The position numbers and the translations under genes are program-made. A DNA stretch of 64,000 nt, taken from assembly GCA_034003005.1 (NCBI GenBank), contig JAVEZL010000002.1, positions 12,861 to 76,860 on the forward strand, given 5' to 3'. The notes below the pieces were generated by a model that had not been told where the DNA came from, did no database searches, and worked only from the letters and a program-made list of their open reading frames with translations. Of the stretch, positions 1-9,841 are shown piece after piece; the stretch's first letter is position 1, and each line of letters starts with the position of its first letter. Origin of the DNA: Bacteroidales bacterium (GTDB taxonomy: Bacteria; Bacteroidota; Bacteroidia; Bacteroidales; UBA932).

Positions 1-237
1 AGGTTCTCAGCAGGAGTTCAGAGTATAGCTGATCTATACATTTCAACAGGCACTGCACCTGTAAAAGAGAGTTATACTTTGCTCAATGCTTCTGCCTCTT
101 ATACAAATAAGTTAAAGAGTTTTGGATACACGCTTTTTGTCAAGGGAGACAATCTTACAGGTGCCAGATATTCAATTAATCCCGGATTCCCTATGCCGGG
201 TTTGATGTTATCTGCCGGTGTTAGTATAGATATTTAG
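1..237 (+). CDS. TonB-dependent receptor, C-terminal fragment (partial at window edge)
   Basis: Frame 1 is open to TAG at 235-237. It translates as ...YTLLNASASY...LFVKGDNLTGARYSINPGFPMPGLMLSAGVSIDI*, resembling the final beta-strands of TBDRs (xNLT..Y...G.PMPG). Not in the ORF track. Confidence 0.7.
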   Translation, partial: RFSAGVQSIADLYISTGTAPVKESYTLLNASASYTNKLKSFGYTLFVKGDNLTGARYSINPGFPMPGLMLSAGVSIDI

Positions 238-244
238 AGAAAGC

Positions 245-1774
245 TTATTCCCACTCGATTGTTGCAGGCGGTTTTGAAGAGATGTCATAAACAACTCTGT
301 TAACACCCTTTACACGATTGATTATATCATTTGAGACTTTAGCAAGGAATTCGTAAGGAAGATGTACCCAGTCTGCAGTCATTCCGTCTGTAGATGTTAC
401 AGCCCTTAGTGCAATGGTGTATTCGTATGTTCTTTCATCTCCCATTACACCCACACTTCTTACCGGAAGGAGAATAGCAGCAGCCTGCCAGACCTTATCG
501 TAAAGACCGCTCTCTTTTAGGGAGTTAATGAAAATTGAATCGGCCTCTTTAAGGATGTTGAGTTTCTCCTCGTTAATCTCGCCAAGTACACGGATGCCAA
601 GTCCGGGGCCCGGAAAGGGGTGTCTTGAAATAAGGGAATCGGCAATTCCCAGCTCTCTGCCTACTCTGCGAACCTCATCCTTAAATAAGGATTTGAGTGG
701 TTCTACAACTTTAAGCTTCATGTAATCCGGTAATCCGCCCACGTTGTGATGAGATTTAATTGTGGCAGAGGGGCCATTAACTGATACAGACTCAATCACG
801 TCCGGATAAATAGTACCTTGGGCAAGCCAGCTTACGTTCTCAATTTTATGAGACTCGGTATCAAAAACATCAATAAATGTTTTGCCAATTGCCTTTCTCT
901 TCAATTCAGGGTCTGATACTCCATTCAGTGACTCCATGAATCTCTCTCCAGCGCTCACGCCTGTTACATTTAAGCCCATGTGTTTGTATGAATCAAGAAC
1001 GGATTCAAACTCATCTTTTCTCAGCAAACCATTATCTACAAATATGCAGTAAAGGTTATTGCCGATAGCTCTGTTAAGAAGTACAGCTGCTACAGTAGAA
1101 TCAACCCCGCCTGAAAGGCCTAAAATAACTTTATCGTTTCCAAGCTTATCTGAAAGCTCTTTCACTGTTGTGCCAATAAATGAAGCAGGTGTCCAGCTTC
1201 CGGTGCATTCACATATGTTCATTGCAAAGTTTCTGAGTATGTCCAACCCTCTTGTGGTATGATATACCTCAGGATGGAACTGTACTGCATATGTCTTTTC
1301 GCCTTTAATTCTGTATGCTGCGTTTCTAATCTCTCCGGTTGATGCTACGGGGACAGCTCCTTCAGGAAGTGCTGTAATAGTATCACCATGAGACATCCAC
1401 ACTTGTGACCCGGATTCAATGCCTTTAAAAAGAGGGCAACTGCTATCATCAATTTCAAGAATTGCTCTGCCGTACTCTCTTGTAACAGACGCATTCACGT
1501 TCCCTCCATAATGCTTTGCCAGATATTGAGCACCATAGCAAACTGCCAGTAGAGGGAGAGTGCCTTTTATTTCGCTTAAATTTACCTGAGGTGCATTGTC
1601 ATCTCTTACAGAAAAGGGGCTCCCCGATAAGATTATCCCTTTTACGCTTTCGTCTATAGTGGGTATCTTATTAAAAGGGAATATCTCGCAGTAAACATTT
1701 AATTCTCTTAATCTTCTGCCAATCAGTTGTGTAAACTGTGAGCCAAAGTCTATTATAATAATTTTTTCTGTCAT
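245..1774 (-). CDS. guaA: GMP synthase (glutamine-hydrolysing), 509 aa
   Basis: [51 protein letters not shown]. True start is MTEKIII at 1774; the track's extension to 2266 is antisense to typA. Confidence 0.97.
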   Translation of the reverse strand: MTEKIIIIDFGSQFTQLIGRRLRELNVYCEIFPFNKIPTIDESVKGIILSGSPFSVRDDNAPQVNLSEIKGTLPLLAVCYGAQYLAKHYGGNVNASVTREYGRAILEIDDSSCPLFKGIESGSQVWMSHGDTITALPEGAVPVASTGEIRNAAYRIKGEKTYAVQFHPEVYHTTRGLDILRNFAMNICECTGSWTPASFIGTTVKELSDKLGNDKVILGLSGGVDSTVAAVLLNRAIGNNLYCIFVDNGLLRKDEFESVLDSYKHMGLNVTGVSAGERFMESLNGVSDPELKRKAIGKTFIDVFDTESHKIENVSWLAQGTIYPDVIESVSVNGPSATIKSHHNVGGLPDYMKLKVVEPLKSLFKDEVRRVGRELGIADSLISRHPFPGPGLGIRVLGEINEEKLNILKEADSIFINSLKESGLYDKVWQAAAILLPVRSVGVMGDERTYEYTIALRAVTSTDGMTADWVHLPYEFLAKVSNDIINRVKGVNRVVYDISSKPPATIEWE

Positions 1775-1802
1775 GAGGAGGAGTTTTTCTTGAAATCGGG
1801 GG

Positions 1803-1830
1803 CAAAAATAATATTTTATATCTACTTTTG
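1803..1830. promoter_or_regulatory. Divergent Bacteroidota sigma-A -7 boxes for guaA and typA
   Basis: TATTTTTG on the minus strand (1803-1810) and TACTTTTG on the plus strand (1823-1830); both match TAnnTTTG. Confidence 0.7.
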
Positions 1831-1840
1831 CGGCCACAAT

Positions 1841-3646
1841 ATGCAAAAAATACGAAACATAGCCATCATCGCACACGTGGATCATGGCAAAACCACGTTG
1901 GTGGACAAGATGATACAGCAGGCAAGAATTTTCCGCGATTCGGAAAAAGTTGTCGACCTTATTATGGATAGTAACGATCTTGAAAGGGAGAGGGGGATAA
2001 CTATTCTTGCAAAAAATGTCTCGGTACCATACAAAGACTATAAAATAAATATTATTGACACTCCGGGTCACGCCGATTTTGGCGGTGAGGTGGAGAGAGT
2101 TTTGAATATGGCAGACGGCGTTCTTCTTCTTGTAGATGCTTTTGAAGGTACTATGCCTCAGACAAGATTTGTTCTTCAAAAGGCTATTCAGATGGGCAAG
2201 AAGCCGGTTGTTGTTATAAATAAGGTTGATAAGCCTAATTGCAGACCGGATGAGGTGAATGAGCAAGTTTTCGACCTTATGTTCAGCCTTGACGCAACTG
2301 AGGAACAGCTTGATTTCAAAACAATATACGGAAGTGCAAAACAGGGATGGATGTCAAGAGACTGGAAATCTCCTGCTCAGGACATAACTGCCCTGCTTGA
2401 TACAATTATCGAAGAGATTCCTGAGCCCGAGGAGCTTGAAGGTACACCACAGATGCTCATATCTTCTCTGGAGTACTCTCCTTATGTAGGCAGAATAGCA
2501 ATTGGAAGACTTCACAGGGGTATTTTAAAGGCTGGAATGAACCTTACACTTTGTAAGAGAGATGGAGTTGGTAAGGAGAGGGTGAGAATTAAAGAGCTTA
2601 TGGTTTTTTCAGGTCTGGAAAAGGCAAAAGTAGATTTTGTAAAAAGTGGAGACCTATGTGCCGTTGTGGGTATTGAGGGATTTGAGATAGGGGACACACT
2701 TGCAGATTATGAGAATCCAGAGGCATTGCCTCCTATTGCCATTGACGAGCCTACAATGAGTATGCTTTTCACAATAAACGATTCTCCTTTTTTTGGCAGA
2801 GAGGGAAAGCTTGTAACTTCCAGACACCTTAAAGAGAGGCTCGAAAAAGAGCTTGAGAAAAATCTTGCATTAAGGGTTAAAGATGGACAGACTGCTGACT
2901 CCTTTATTGTATACGGGCGTGGTGTTTTGCATCTCTCTGTTCTTATTGAGACAATGAGACGTGAGGGATTTGAAGTACAGGTTGGTCAGCCTAAAGTACT
3001 TGATAAAACTATAAATGGAGCAAGGTGTGAGCCGGTTGAGCATCTTACCATTGACCTTCCGGAAGAGATGGTGGGAAGAGCCATTGAGATGGTTACCAGA
3101 AGAAAAGGTTCTTTGCTTCATATGGAACACAGAGGCGACAGAGTTCACCTTGATTTTGATATACCATCAAGGGGGCTTATAGGGTTGAGGAGCAATCTTA
3201 TGACTGCAACCCAGGGAGAGGCTGTTGTCTCTCACAGATTCAAGGCATATGAGCCATTTAAGGGAGAGATTGAAAAGAGGACAAATGGTTCTTTGATTGC
3301 GATAGAGACCGGCACAGCGATTGCATATGCAATGGATAAACTGCAGGACAGAGGTAAGTTTTTCATTCACCCCGGAGATGAGATCTATGCAGGACAGGTT
3401 GTAGGGGAGAACTCACGTGGTGATGATATGGGGGTTAATCTTTGCAAAACTAAAAAGCTGACCAACGTAAGGGCATCCGGTACTGATGACAAGGCTGTGC
3501 TTACTCCTCCAATTATTTTCTCTCTAGAAGAGGCCCTGGAATATATACAGGAAGACGAACTTGTTGAACTTACACCAAAATCAATCAGACTTAGAAAGAT
3601 CTATCTTGACGAGAATGATAGAAAAAGGAGAAAGAGCCAACAATAG
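1841..3646 (+). CDS. typA: Translational GTPase TypA/BipA, 601 aa
   Basis: [61 protein letters not shown]. Start moved to the ATG at 1841. Confidence 0.97.
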   Translation: MQKIRNIAIIAHVDHGKTTLVDKMIQQARIFRDSEKVVDLIMDSNDLERERGITILAKNVSVPYKDYKINIIDTPGHADFGGEVERVLNMADGVLLLVDAFEGTMPQTRFVLQKAIQMGKKPVVVINKVDKPNCRPDEVNEQVFDLMFSLDATEEQLDFKTIYGSAKQGWMSRDWKSPAQDITALLDTIIEEIPEPEELEGTPQMLISSLEYSPYVGRIAIGRLHRGILKAGMNLTLCKRDGVGKERVRIKELMVFSGLEKAKVDFVKSGDLCAVVGIEGFEIGDTLADYENPEALPPIAIDEPTMSMLFTINDSPFFGREGKLVTSRHLKERLEKELEKNLALRVKDGQTADSFIVYGRGVLHLSVLIETMRREGFEVQVGQPKVLDKTINGARCEPVEHLTIDLPEEMVGRAIEMVTRRKGSLLHMEHRGDRVHLDFDIPSRGLIGLRSNLMTATQGEAVVSHRFKAYEPFKGEIEKRTNGSLIAIETGTAIAYAMDKLQDRGKFFIHPGDEIYAGQVVGENSRGDDMGVNLCKTKKLTNVRASGTDDKAVLTPPIIFSLEEALEYIQEDELVELTPKSIRLRKIYLDENDRKRRKSQQ

Positions 3647-3693
3647 ATTTGTATTTTGAAAAAATAGATTAACTTTGCAGGCTCATTTTGGAC

Positions 3694-4218
3694 ATGAGTA
3701 AAACAGCACATAACGAATTTCTGATACCCATAAAAGGGCTGTCAACCGGGAAACATAAGTACTCTTTCATGCTGGACACGGAATTTTTCAGCAGGTTTGA
3801 CGATTCTCTGGTTTCGGAAGCAAATTTGACTGCTGATATAGTTCTTGAGAAGCAACCTTTGTGGATAGGAGTGACAGGAAAAGTGACGGGAGAGGTTGTT
3901 ACCGAGTGCGACAGATGTCTTGATGAGCTTAGATTACCTTTGAAAACAGATGTCAGGCTTATTGTAAAGTTTGCAAAGACAGATGGCGAAGAGGATAATG
4001 ATGAGGTGATGATTCTGGAGCCGGGAGAAGCAGAGCTTAATCTGGAACAGTTCTTTTACGATTATGTTTGTCTTGCCTTACCACTGCAAAGAGTTCATCC
4101 TAAAGGAGAATGTAACAGTGAGATGGCAAAGAAGCTTGAAACACTCTCTGTGAGAGTTGTTGGCAAAGAGAAGTCTGAAGACTCACCCTTTGGAAAACTT
4201 AAAGATTTGTTGAATTAA
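3694..4218 (+). CDS. yceD: DUF177/YceD family 23S rRNA accumulation protein
   Basis: ECDRCLD motif and conserved position directly upstream of rpmF. TAACTTTG box at 3670-3677. Confidence 0.85.
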   Translation: MSKTAHNEFLIPIKGLSTGKHKYSFMLDTEFFSRFDDSLVSEANLTADIVLEKQPLWIGVTGKVTGEVVTECDRCLDELRLPLKTDVRLIVKFAKTDGEEDNDEVMILEPGEAELNLEQFFYDYVCLALPLQRVHPKGECNSEMAKKLETLSVRVVGKEKSEDSPFGKLKDLLN

Positions 4219-4237
4219 ATAGATAAAAGATAGAAAA

Positions 4238-4420
4238 ATGGCACATCCAAAACACCGAATTTCCAAGACACGCAGAGATAAGCGCAGGACTCACTACAAA
4301 GCAGTTGTGCCTACGCTTGGAACTTGTTCAAACTGCGGAGCAGCTGTTCTTTATCACAGAGTATGCCCTGAGTGTGGATTCTACAGAGGTCGTCTGGTAA
4401 TTGAAAAACCCACTGCATAA
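4238..4420 (+). CDS. rpmF: 50S ribosomal protein L32
   Basis: MAHPKHRISKTRRDKRRTH...CSNCG...HRVCPECGFYRG (Zn-ribbon form). Confidence 0.97.
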   Translation: MAHPKHRISKTRRDKRRTHYKAVVPTLGTCSNCGAAVLYHRVCPECGFYRGRLVIEKPTA

Positions 4421-4529
4421 TTTTAACCTGGTGTAAGGTAGGGTATTGTACTTTACTGCCGGATTAATATCCCGCAGAGGTGCAATGTTGAGTGATAGTT
4501 GAACCTTAACAGTACTAAACCTATATCTG

Positions 4530-5522
4530 ATGAGTACCAAAAGAGCAATCATAACCGGAATCGAGGCTTTTCTGCCTGAATACATTCTTACTAACGATGA
4601 AATCTCCACTATGGTAGATACTACCGATGAGTGGATAATGACAAGAATCGGTGTAAGAGAGAGGCGAATTTTAAAAGAAGACGGACTTGGAACCTCTTAT
4701 ATGGGGGCTGAGGCTGTAAGAAAACTTCTTGACAAGACCGGAACAAATCCTGACGATATTGACATGGTGCTTTGTGCAACTGTGTCTCCAGATATGCTTT
4801 TCCCTGCAACTGCTAATATTATTTCTGATAAAGTGGGAATAACAAATGCATGGGGTTATGATATCAATGCAGGTTGTTCAGGTTTCTTGTTCTCTTTTGC
4901 AACTGCATCTGCATTTGTTCAGAGTGGTCAGGCAAAGAAAATGATACTTGTAACAGGAGAGAGAATGTCTGCAATGACAGACTACACAGACAGAACAACA
5001 TGTCCTCTTTTTGGCGACGCAGCAGTTGCGATGCTTATTGAACCGGGTGAAGACGATAATACCGGCTTGTTCGATCAGATTCTTAGGGTTGATGGAATAG
5101 GAAGACATTACCTCTACCAGAAGGCAGGGGGATCGGCCTTTCCTCCTTCTGCTGAAACATTGAAAAACAGAGAACACTATATACATCAGGATGGTCAGAC
5201 AGTATTTAAATATGCAGTAAGCAGAATGGCTGACGTTTCTGTGGAGATAATGGAGAAACATTCACTTAAGGCAGAAGATATTGCATACTTGATTCCTCAT
5301 CAGGCAAACATGAGGATTATTGAAGCAACCGGAAAGAGAATGGGGTTAACTTCAGAAAAGATACTGATTAATATCGAAAAGTATGGCAATACTGCCGGAA
5401 CATCCATCCCACTTGTGTTATGGGAGTTTGAAAAGAACTTTAAAAAGGGAGATATTTTAGTATTTTCTGCCTTTGGAGCAGGTTTCACATGGGGATCTAT
5501 GCTTTACAAGTGGGCATATTGA
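4530..5522 (+). CDS. fabH: Beta-ketoacyl-ACP synthase III
   Basis: DEWIMTRIGVRERR, NAGCSGF (catalytic Cys), PHQAN, YGNTA, FGAGFTWG. Confidence 0.95.
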   Translation: MSTKRAIITGIEAFLPEYILTNDEISTMVDTTDEWIMTRIGVRERRILKEDGLGTSYMGAEAVRKLLDKTGTNPDDIDMVLCATVSPDMLFPATANIISDKVGITNAWGYDINAGCSGFLFSFATASAFVQSGQAKKMILVTGERMSAMTDYTDRTTCPLFGDAAVAMLIEPGEDDNTGLFDQILRVDGIGRHYLYQKAGGSAFPPSAETLKNREHYIHQDGQTVFKYAVSRMADVSVEIMEKHSLKAEDIAYLIPHQANMRIIEATGKRMGLTSEKILINIEKYGNTAGTSIPLVLWEFEKNFKKGDILVFSAFGAGFTWGSMLYKWAY

Positions 5523-5537
5523 TATTAAAGGAGTAAT

Positions 5538-5609
5538 GGCCCTATAGTTCAAGGGATAGAACGGAAGTTTCCTAAACTTCAGATTCGCGTTCGAGTCGCG
5601 GTGGGGCTA
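5538..5609 (+). tRNA. tRNA-Arg (anticodon CCT)
   Basis: Acceptor GGCCCTA/TGGGGCT, anticodon arm GAAGT-TTCCTAA-ACTTC, T-loop GTTCGAGTC. CCA is not encoded. Confidence 0.95.
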
Positions 5610-5610
5610 C

Positions 5611-5644
5611 AAGAGGAGTGAAAATTTTTCGCTCCTCTTTTTTT
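5611..5644 (+). terminator. Intrinsic terminator after tRNA-Arg
   Basis: AAGAGGAGTGAAA...TTTCGCTCCTCTT hairpin followed by a T run. Confidence 0.85.
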
Positions 5645-5728
5645 AATCAGCATTAATTAGAAATAGTAAAAGGTTATACTTTCTTCTAAAAAACGTATAT
5701 TTGAGGTATAAATACAACTTAACTAACT

Positions 5729-6994
5729 ATGAAAAGACAACTCTTTACACTTATCCTGATTTTATGTGCAGGATCATCTGTTTTAAAGGCACAGGAGAAT
5801 AAAATCTCCTTTAAAATTGGCGGATTTGTAGAATTAAAAAGTTATTACGACGACTATAGATCCAGAGTATCAAGATATGACCATATATATTTCTATCCCC
5901 TCTCTCCTAAGTTGAATACTGCCGGAGATGACATGAATCAGACCGGATCCCTGAATTTTTCTGTTGCAACGTCAAGACTTTCACTTACAATAGGTGGACT
6001 TAAGTTACTTAATGCTGATATTTCATCGTATGTTGAGGCTGATTTTACCGGTTCCGCTGAAACTTATATTGGGATGCTTAATTTAAGGCATGCATATATT
6101 AATATGGATTGGGGAAAAAGCTCTCTTCTTCTGGGCCAGTCGGACCACTTGACAAATGTTAAGGAGGTTGTTGGCCAGACAGTGGGTTTTGGTGCTGGTT
6201 ACCCTTTTAATACACTTAACAGAAACATGCAGATAAGGTTTTCTCACAAGTTCTCAGACAATGTAAATCTTATTCTTGCTGCTCATATGTTTAGCGGACA
6301 CAACTCTCTGGGTCCTGCAAAAGCACAGGCACAGGCAGGCATTCCAAATCTTCAGGCTCAGCTAAAGTTTGGAAATCCGGAAAAGATATTCGGAGGGATA
6401 ACATTTGGATACAAATTATTGAAACCAAGGGCTGCAGACAATGCAAATTTCTATAAGAAGACAATAGGATCATATGATATTAATGCCTTTTTCAGAGCCA
6501 ATATAGCAAATGGTTATACTCTTCGCCTCTGGGGTATATACGGAGAGAATCTTTCACATCTGGGAATGATAGGTGGTTACGGAAAGTATGTTGATTATCT
6601 GTCAAGTTCCACATCACCCATTGGTGATTATCCTTACGCAAACATTAAGGCCTACTCAACATGGCTGGATTTTGAAACCCCTTCCTTTAACAATTTTAAG
6701 CTAGGAATATTTGCAGGTTATCAGAAAAACCTGGGAACAAGCAAAACAATGGATATGACAATGGTAAACGGTGAATATCAGTTTGGCTTCTATAAAGATC
6801 CAAGGCTAAACTGGTTTTCAAGAATTTCACCGAGAATTACATATACTCTCTCAAAGAAACTTATCTTTGGACTTGAATACTCTTTGTCTCATGCAAGGTG
6901 GGCAAAAAGTGTTGACATGTATTTCAAACCGGTTGAGCAATTTGATGTTAATCATAACAACCGTCTTGAGTTCATGGCCAAATTTGTGTTTTAA
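5729..6994 (+). CDS. Outer-membrane beta-barrel porin, DcaP-like
   Basis: Sec signal peptide, SRL..., YVEADF, LRHAY...LLLGQ motifs as in DcaP-type porins, and a C-terminal aromatic strand ending in F. TATATTTG box at 5696-5703. Confidence 0.65.
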   Translation: MKRQLFTLILILCAGSSVLKAQENKISFKIGGFVELKSYYDDYRSRVSRYDHIYFYPLSPKLNTAGDDMNQTGSLNFSVATSRLSLTIGGLKLLNADISSYVEADFTGSAETYIGMLNLRHAYINMDWGKSSLLLGQSDHLTNVKEVVGQTVGFGAGYPFNTLNRNMQIRFSHKFSDNVNLILAAHMFSGHNSLGPAKAQAQAGIPNLQAQLKFGNPEKIFGGITFGYKLLKPRAADNANFYKKTIGSYDINAFFRANIANGYTLRLWGIYGENLSHLGMIGGYGKYVDYLSSSTSPIGDYPYANIKAYSTWLDFETPSFNNFKLGIFAGYQKNLGTSKTMDMTMVNGEYQFGFYKDPRLNWFSRISPRITYTLSKKLIFGLEYSLSHARWAKSVDMYFKPVEQFDVNHNNRLEFMAKFVF

Positions 6995-7003
6995 TAATTG
7001 ACA

Positions 7004-8338
7004 ATGAAGTTAGGCAGGAGAGACTTGCTTTGGAATTACGGCGCCAGTTTTATGAGGGTAGCATCTGCCCTCATAATTCTGCCGTTGATACTCAAAATGC
7101 TCTCACCCGAGGATTATGGCCTGTGGAGCATAATGCTTAGCATTAAGGCTATTACTGAACTTCTGGACTTTGGCTTTTCACCTACATTTTCAAGAGCTGT
7201 TACCTATGTTTATAGTGGGGCAAAGAGTTTTAAGGCAGAGGGCTTTGACCCTGTTCTACCCGGAAGCGAAACAGATTACTCTCTTCTCGGGGGCTTGATT
7301 AAAGCTGTAAAGCGGTTCTATGGCTCTGTTGCCGTTTTGTTGTTAATATTTCTTGCCTCCGCAGGTCTCTTTTATCTGGAGCATATTCTTGAGGGATATA
7401 GTGGAGACTCCACAATGGCCAGAATTTCATGGTACTTATACGGAGCACTGCTTTGTTATCAGTTCTATACTTACTATTATGATTCAATGCTGGTGGGAAG
7501 AGGGATGATCAGACGGGCAAGACAGATTATTGTTCTATCTCAATCTTTGCATATAGTAGTGGCATCTGTACTGCTTTCACTTGGTTATGGGATTGTATCT
7601 ATGGTTGCAGGCCAGGTTGTATCAATTACTGTAAACAGGATACTTGCTTATAATGCATTTTACGATAATGAGACTAAAAACAGACTTGCATTTTCTGTGC
7701 CAGCTGAATGGAGAGATACTCTGAAAAATCTCTGGAATACAGCATTTAAGTCAGGATTGACCGGGTTAAGCTGGATTGTTTCTAACAGAATGCTCGCTGC
7801 TTTTGCGGGCTTGTATATTCCTCTTTCCGTAATAGGGGATTATGGCCTAAGCAAGCAGGTTGCAGAGATAACATATACATTGTCTGTTGTTTGGTTTGTG
7901 ACCTTTTATCCCAAAATCACACAACACAAAATAACAAATAACATCTCTCAACTGAAAAGAATGTATTTCAAGTCTCTTTTCGTAGCATTTAGTGTGTTCC
8001 TCTTTTGCATTACCGGAGCATTACTAATGGGTGACACTCTACTTGATGTTATTGGAAGTAAAACTCGATTTATTGAGAACTGGCTTATGATTGCCTTGCT
8101 TATTTCTGCTCTTCTGGACGGATTTACTTACATCTCAACTTCAGTACTACTTGCCGGAAATGAGGTACCTCATTACAAAGCTCAATTAATTACAGCCGTA
8201 TTGACCGTGTTAATCCTTTTCATCTTTCTCCATTTTACAGATTACGGATTAGTTGCAATAGTTCTTGTGCCTCTGGGATGTAATCTTGTTTACAATCACT
8301 GGAGATGGGCCACTGTAGTTATCAAATCTTTTAAATAG
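7004..8338 (+). CDS. Wzx-like O-unit/polysaccharide flippase (MOP superfamily)
   Basis: About 12 hydrophobic segments. N-terminal LPLILKMLSPEDYGLW...LLDFGF pattern typical of Wzx flippases. Confidence 0.75.
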   Translation: MKLGRRDLLWNYGASFMRVASALIILPLILKMLSPEDYGLWSIMLSIKAITELLDFGFSPTFSRAVTYVYSGAKSFKAEGFDPVLPGSETDYSLLGGLIKAVKRFYGSVAVLLLIFLASAGLFYLEHILEGYSGDSTMARISWYLYGALLCYQFYTYYYDSMLVGRGMIRRARQIIVLSQSLHIVVASVLLSLGYGIVSMVAGQVVSITVNRILAYNAFYDNETKNRLAFSVPAEWRDTLKNLWNTAFKSGLTGLSWIVSNRMLAAFAGLYIPLSVIGDYGLSKQVAEITYTLSVVWFVTFYPKITQHKITNNISQLKRMYFKSLFVAFSVFLFCITGALLMGDTLLDVIGSKTRFIENWLMIALLISALLDGFTYISTSVLLAGNEVPHYKAQLITAVLTVLILFIFLHFTDYGLVAIVLVPLGCNLVYNHWRWATVVIKSFK

Positions 8339-8348
8339 AAATCCATTT

Positions 8349-8480
8349 TCAATCTGCTAATATTTGTCCTGCCTCAAACCCTGATGCAAAAGCTTGCCAG
8401 TTAAAAATTATGAATAAAACAATGGCTGCTACAACTGCAAGCAAAATCCAAATCCACACGTTTCTCTTCTTGTTTTTCAT
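8349..8480 (-). CDS. Small single-pass membrane protein, 43 aa (not in ORF track)
   Basis: MKNKKRNVWIWILLAVVAAIVLFIIFNWQAFASGFEAGQILAD*: basic N-terminus and one TM helix. It fills the gap between the flippase and hydF. Confidence 0.7.
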   Translation of the reverse strand: MKNKKRNVWIWILLAVVAAIVLFIIFNWQAFASGFEAGQILAD

Positions 8481-8600
8481 AGTCTAATGATTTATATCCA
8501 TTCCAAAAATAGCTCTCTTATTCTCATTCGTGCAAAATAGTTAACTTTGAATGCAAGAATTATCCAATACTGGAAATTTTTCACCAAATCTGTTTTTATT

Positions 8601-9815
8601 ATGAATAAAGCTAGATATATAGGGGTTTTTGGCAGAAGAAACTCGGGTAAAAGTTCGTTGATTAACAGACTCTCGGGAGAGGAGGCAGCAATAGTTTCTG
8701 ACACTCCGGGTACAACTACTGACCCGGTAAAGAAAAGGATGGAGATATTTGGGCTTGGTCCCACCGTTATAGTTGATACAGCCGGAATTGATGATGAAGG
8801 AGATCTTGGAGCAAAGCGCGTAGAGAAAAGCAAACAGGTTGTTAAACAGATAGACTTAGCGATACTGTTATATACTAATAACTCATTTGAGTACTTCGAG
8901 AAAGAACTTCTTAAACTATTCAAAAAAGAGGGTATCCCATTTATATTGCTCCATAATCAATCTGATATGATAGCGATGGACAGAGATGTAGCTATGGAGT
9001 TAACCACAAAGTACAAATGCGATGTTTTAGAGTTTTCTTGTGCATCTTTAGATGAAGAAGATCAAGGGATTATGGTTGAGAATCTGGTCTCTTTGATAAT
9101 CAAGAATATTGAGGGCTCTCTTTTTGTAAAGAGAGGCATGTTTGAAAATCTGGTTAATGAGGGAGATGTTGTTGTTCTTGTAACACCCATAGACAGTGAA
9201 GCTCCTGAGGGCCGGCTAATTCTGCCACAGGTAAATGCAGTCAGGGAGATTCTTGATTTTGGGGGTATTGCCACTGTTTTACAACCGGAACAGCTAAGTG
9301 ATTATATGAAAAACTCTGCATCCCGGGTTTCTCTTGTGGTGACAGATAGTCAGGCTTTTGAACAAGTAAGTAAACTAATACCTGATGAAATCCCTCTTAC
9401 GGGATTTAGTATTCTTCTTGCATACAGTAAATCAAATTTTGAAAAATATCTTGATGGGACTCCTGTAATTGACAAGCTAAAAGATGGTGACAGAGTTTTG
9501 ATTCTTGAGTCGTGCTCTCATCACTCATCTTGCGATGACATAGGTAGAGTTAAAATACCATCTTTGCTAAGGAAGAGAAGTGGAAGTTCCCTGGATTTTG
9601 ATATTGTTGCAGGCCTGGATTTGATTAAGAGACCTATAACAGATTATTCACTTGTTGTTCAATGCGGGGGATGTATGATTACACAAAGACAATTGTGGTC
9701 AAGACTTAGAGAGGCTATAGAATCAGGAGTTCCGGTTACAAATTATGGTATGACTCTTGCCTGGTGTATGGGTATTTATGAAAGGGCAATAAGACCATTG
9801 CTAAAAAATGGCTGA
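8601..9815 (+). CDS. hydF: [FeFe]-hydrogenase H-cluster maturation GTPase HydF
   Basis: GRRNSGKSS, GTTTDPV, DTAG, PEGRLILPQ, CSHH...QCGGC Fe-S motif, TNYG. TAACTTTG box at 8542-8549. Confidence 0.93.
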   Translation: MNKARYIGVFGRRNSGKSSLINRLSGEEAAIVSDTPGTTTDPVKKRMEIFGLGPTVIVDTAGIDDEGDLGAKRVEKSKQVVKQIDLAILLYTNNSFEYFEKELLKLFKKEGIPFILLHNQSDMIAMDRDVAMELTTKYKCDVLEFSCASLDEEDQGIMVENLVSLIIKNIEGSLFVKRGMFENLVNEGDVVVLVTPIDSEAPEGRLILPQVNAVREILDFGGIATVLQPEQLSDYMKNSASRVSLVVTDSQAFEQVSKLIPDEIPLTGFSILLAYSKSNFEKYLDGTPVIDKLKDGDRVLILESCSHHSSCDDIGRVKIPSLLRKRSGSSLDFDIVAGLDLIKRPITDYSLVVQCGGCMITQRQLWSRLREAIESGVPVTNYGMTLAWCMGIYERAIRPLLKNG

Positions 9816-9841
9816 TTATTTTATGTGTTAATTTGTTAAAA

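Noticed and set aside
1775-2266. Apparent 164-aa N-terminal extension of GuaA in the ORF track
   Set aside because: It is the antisense shadow of typA and crosses the promoter region; the GuaA fold starts at Met 1774.
5610-8480. Possible island inserted at tRNA-Arg
   Set aside because: The tRNA is followed directly by its terminator; no att-like repeat or mobility gene was found.
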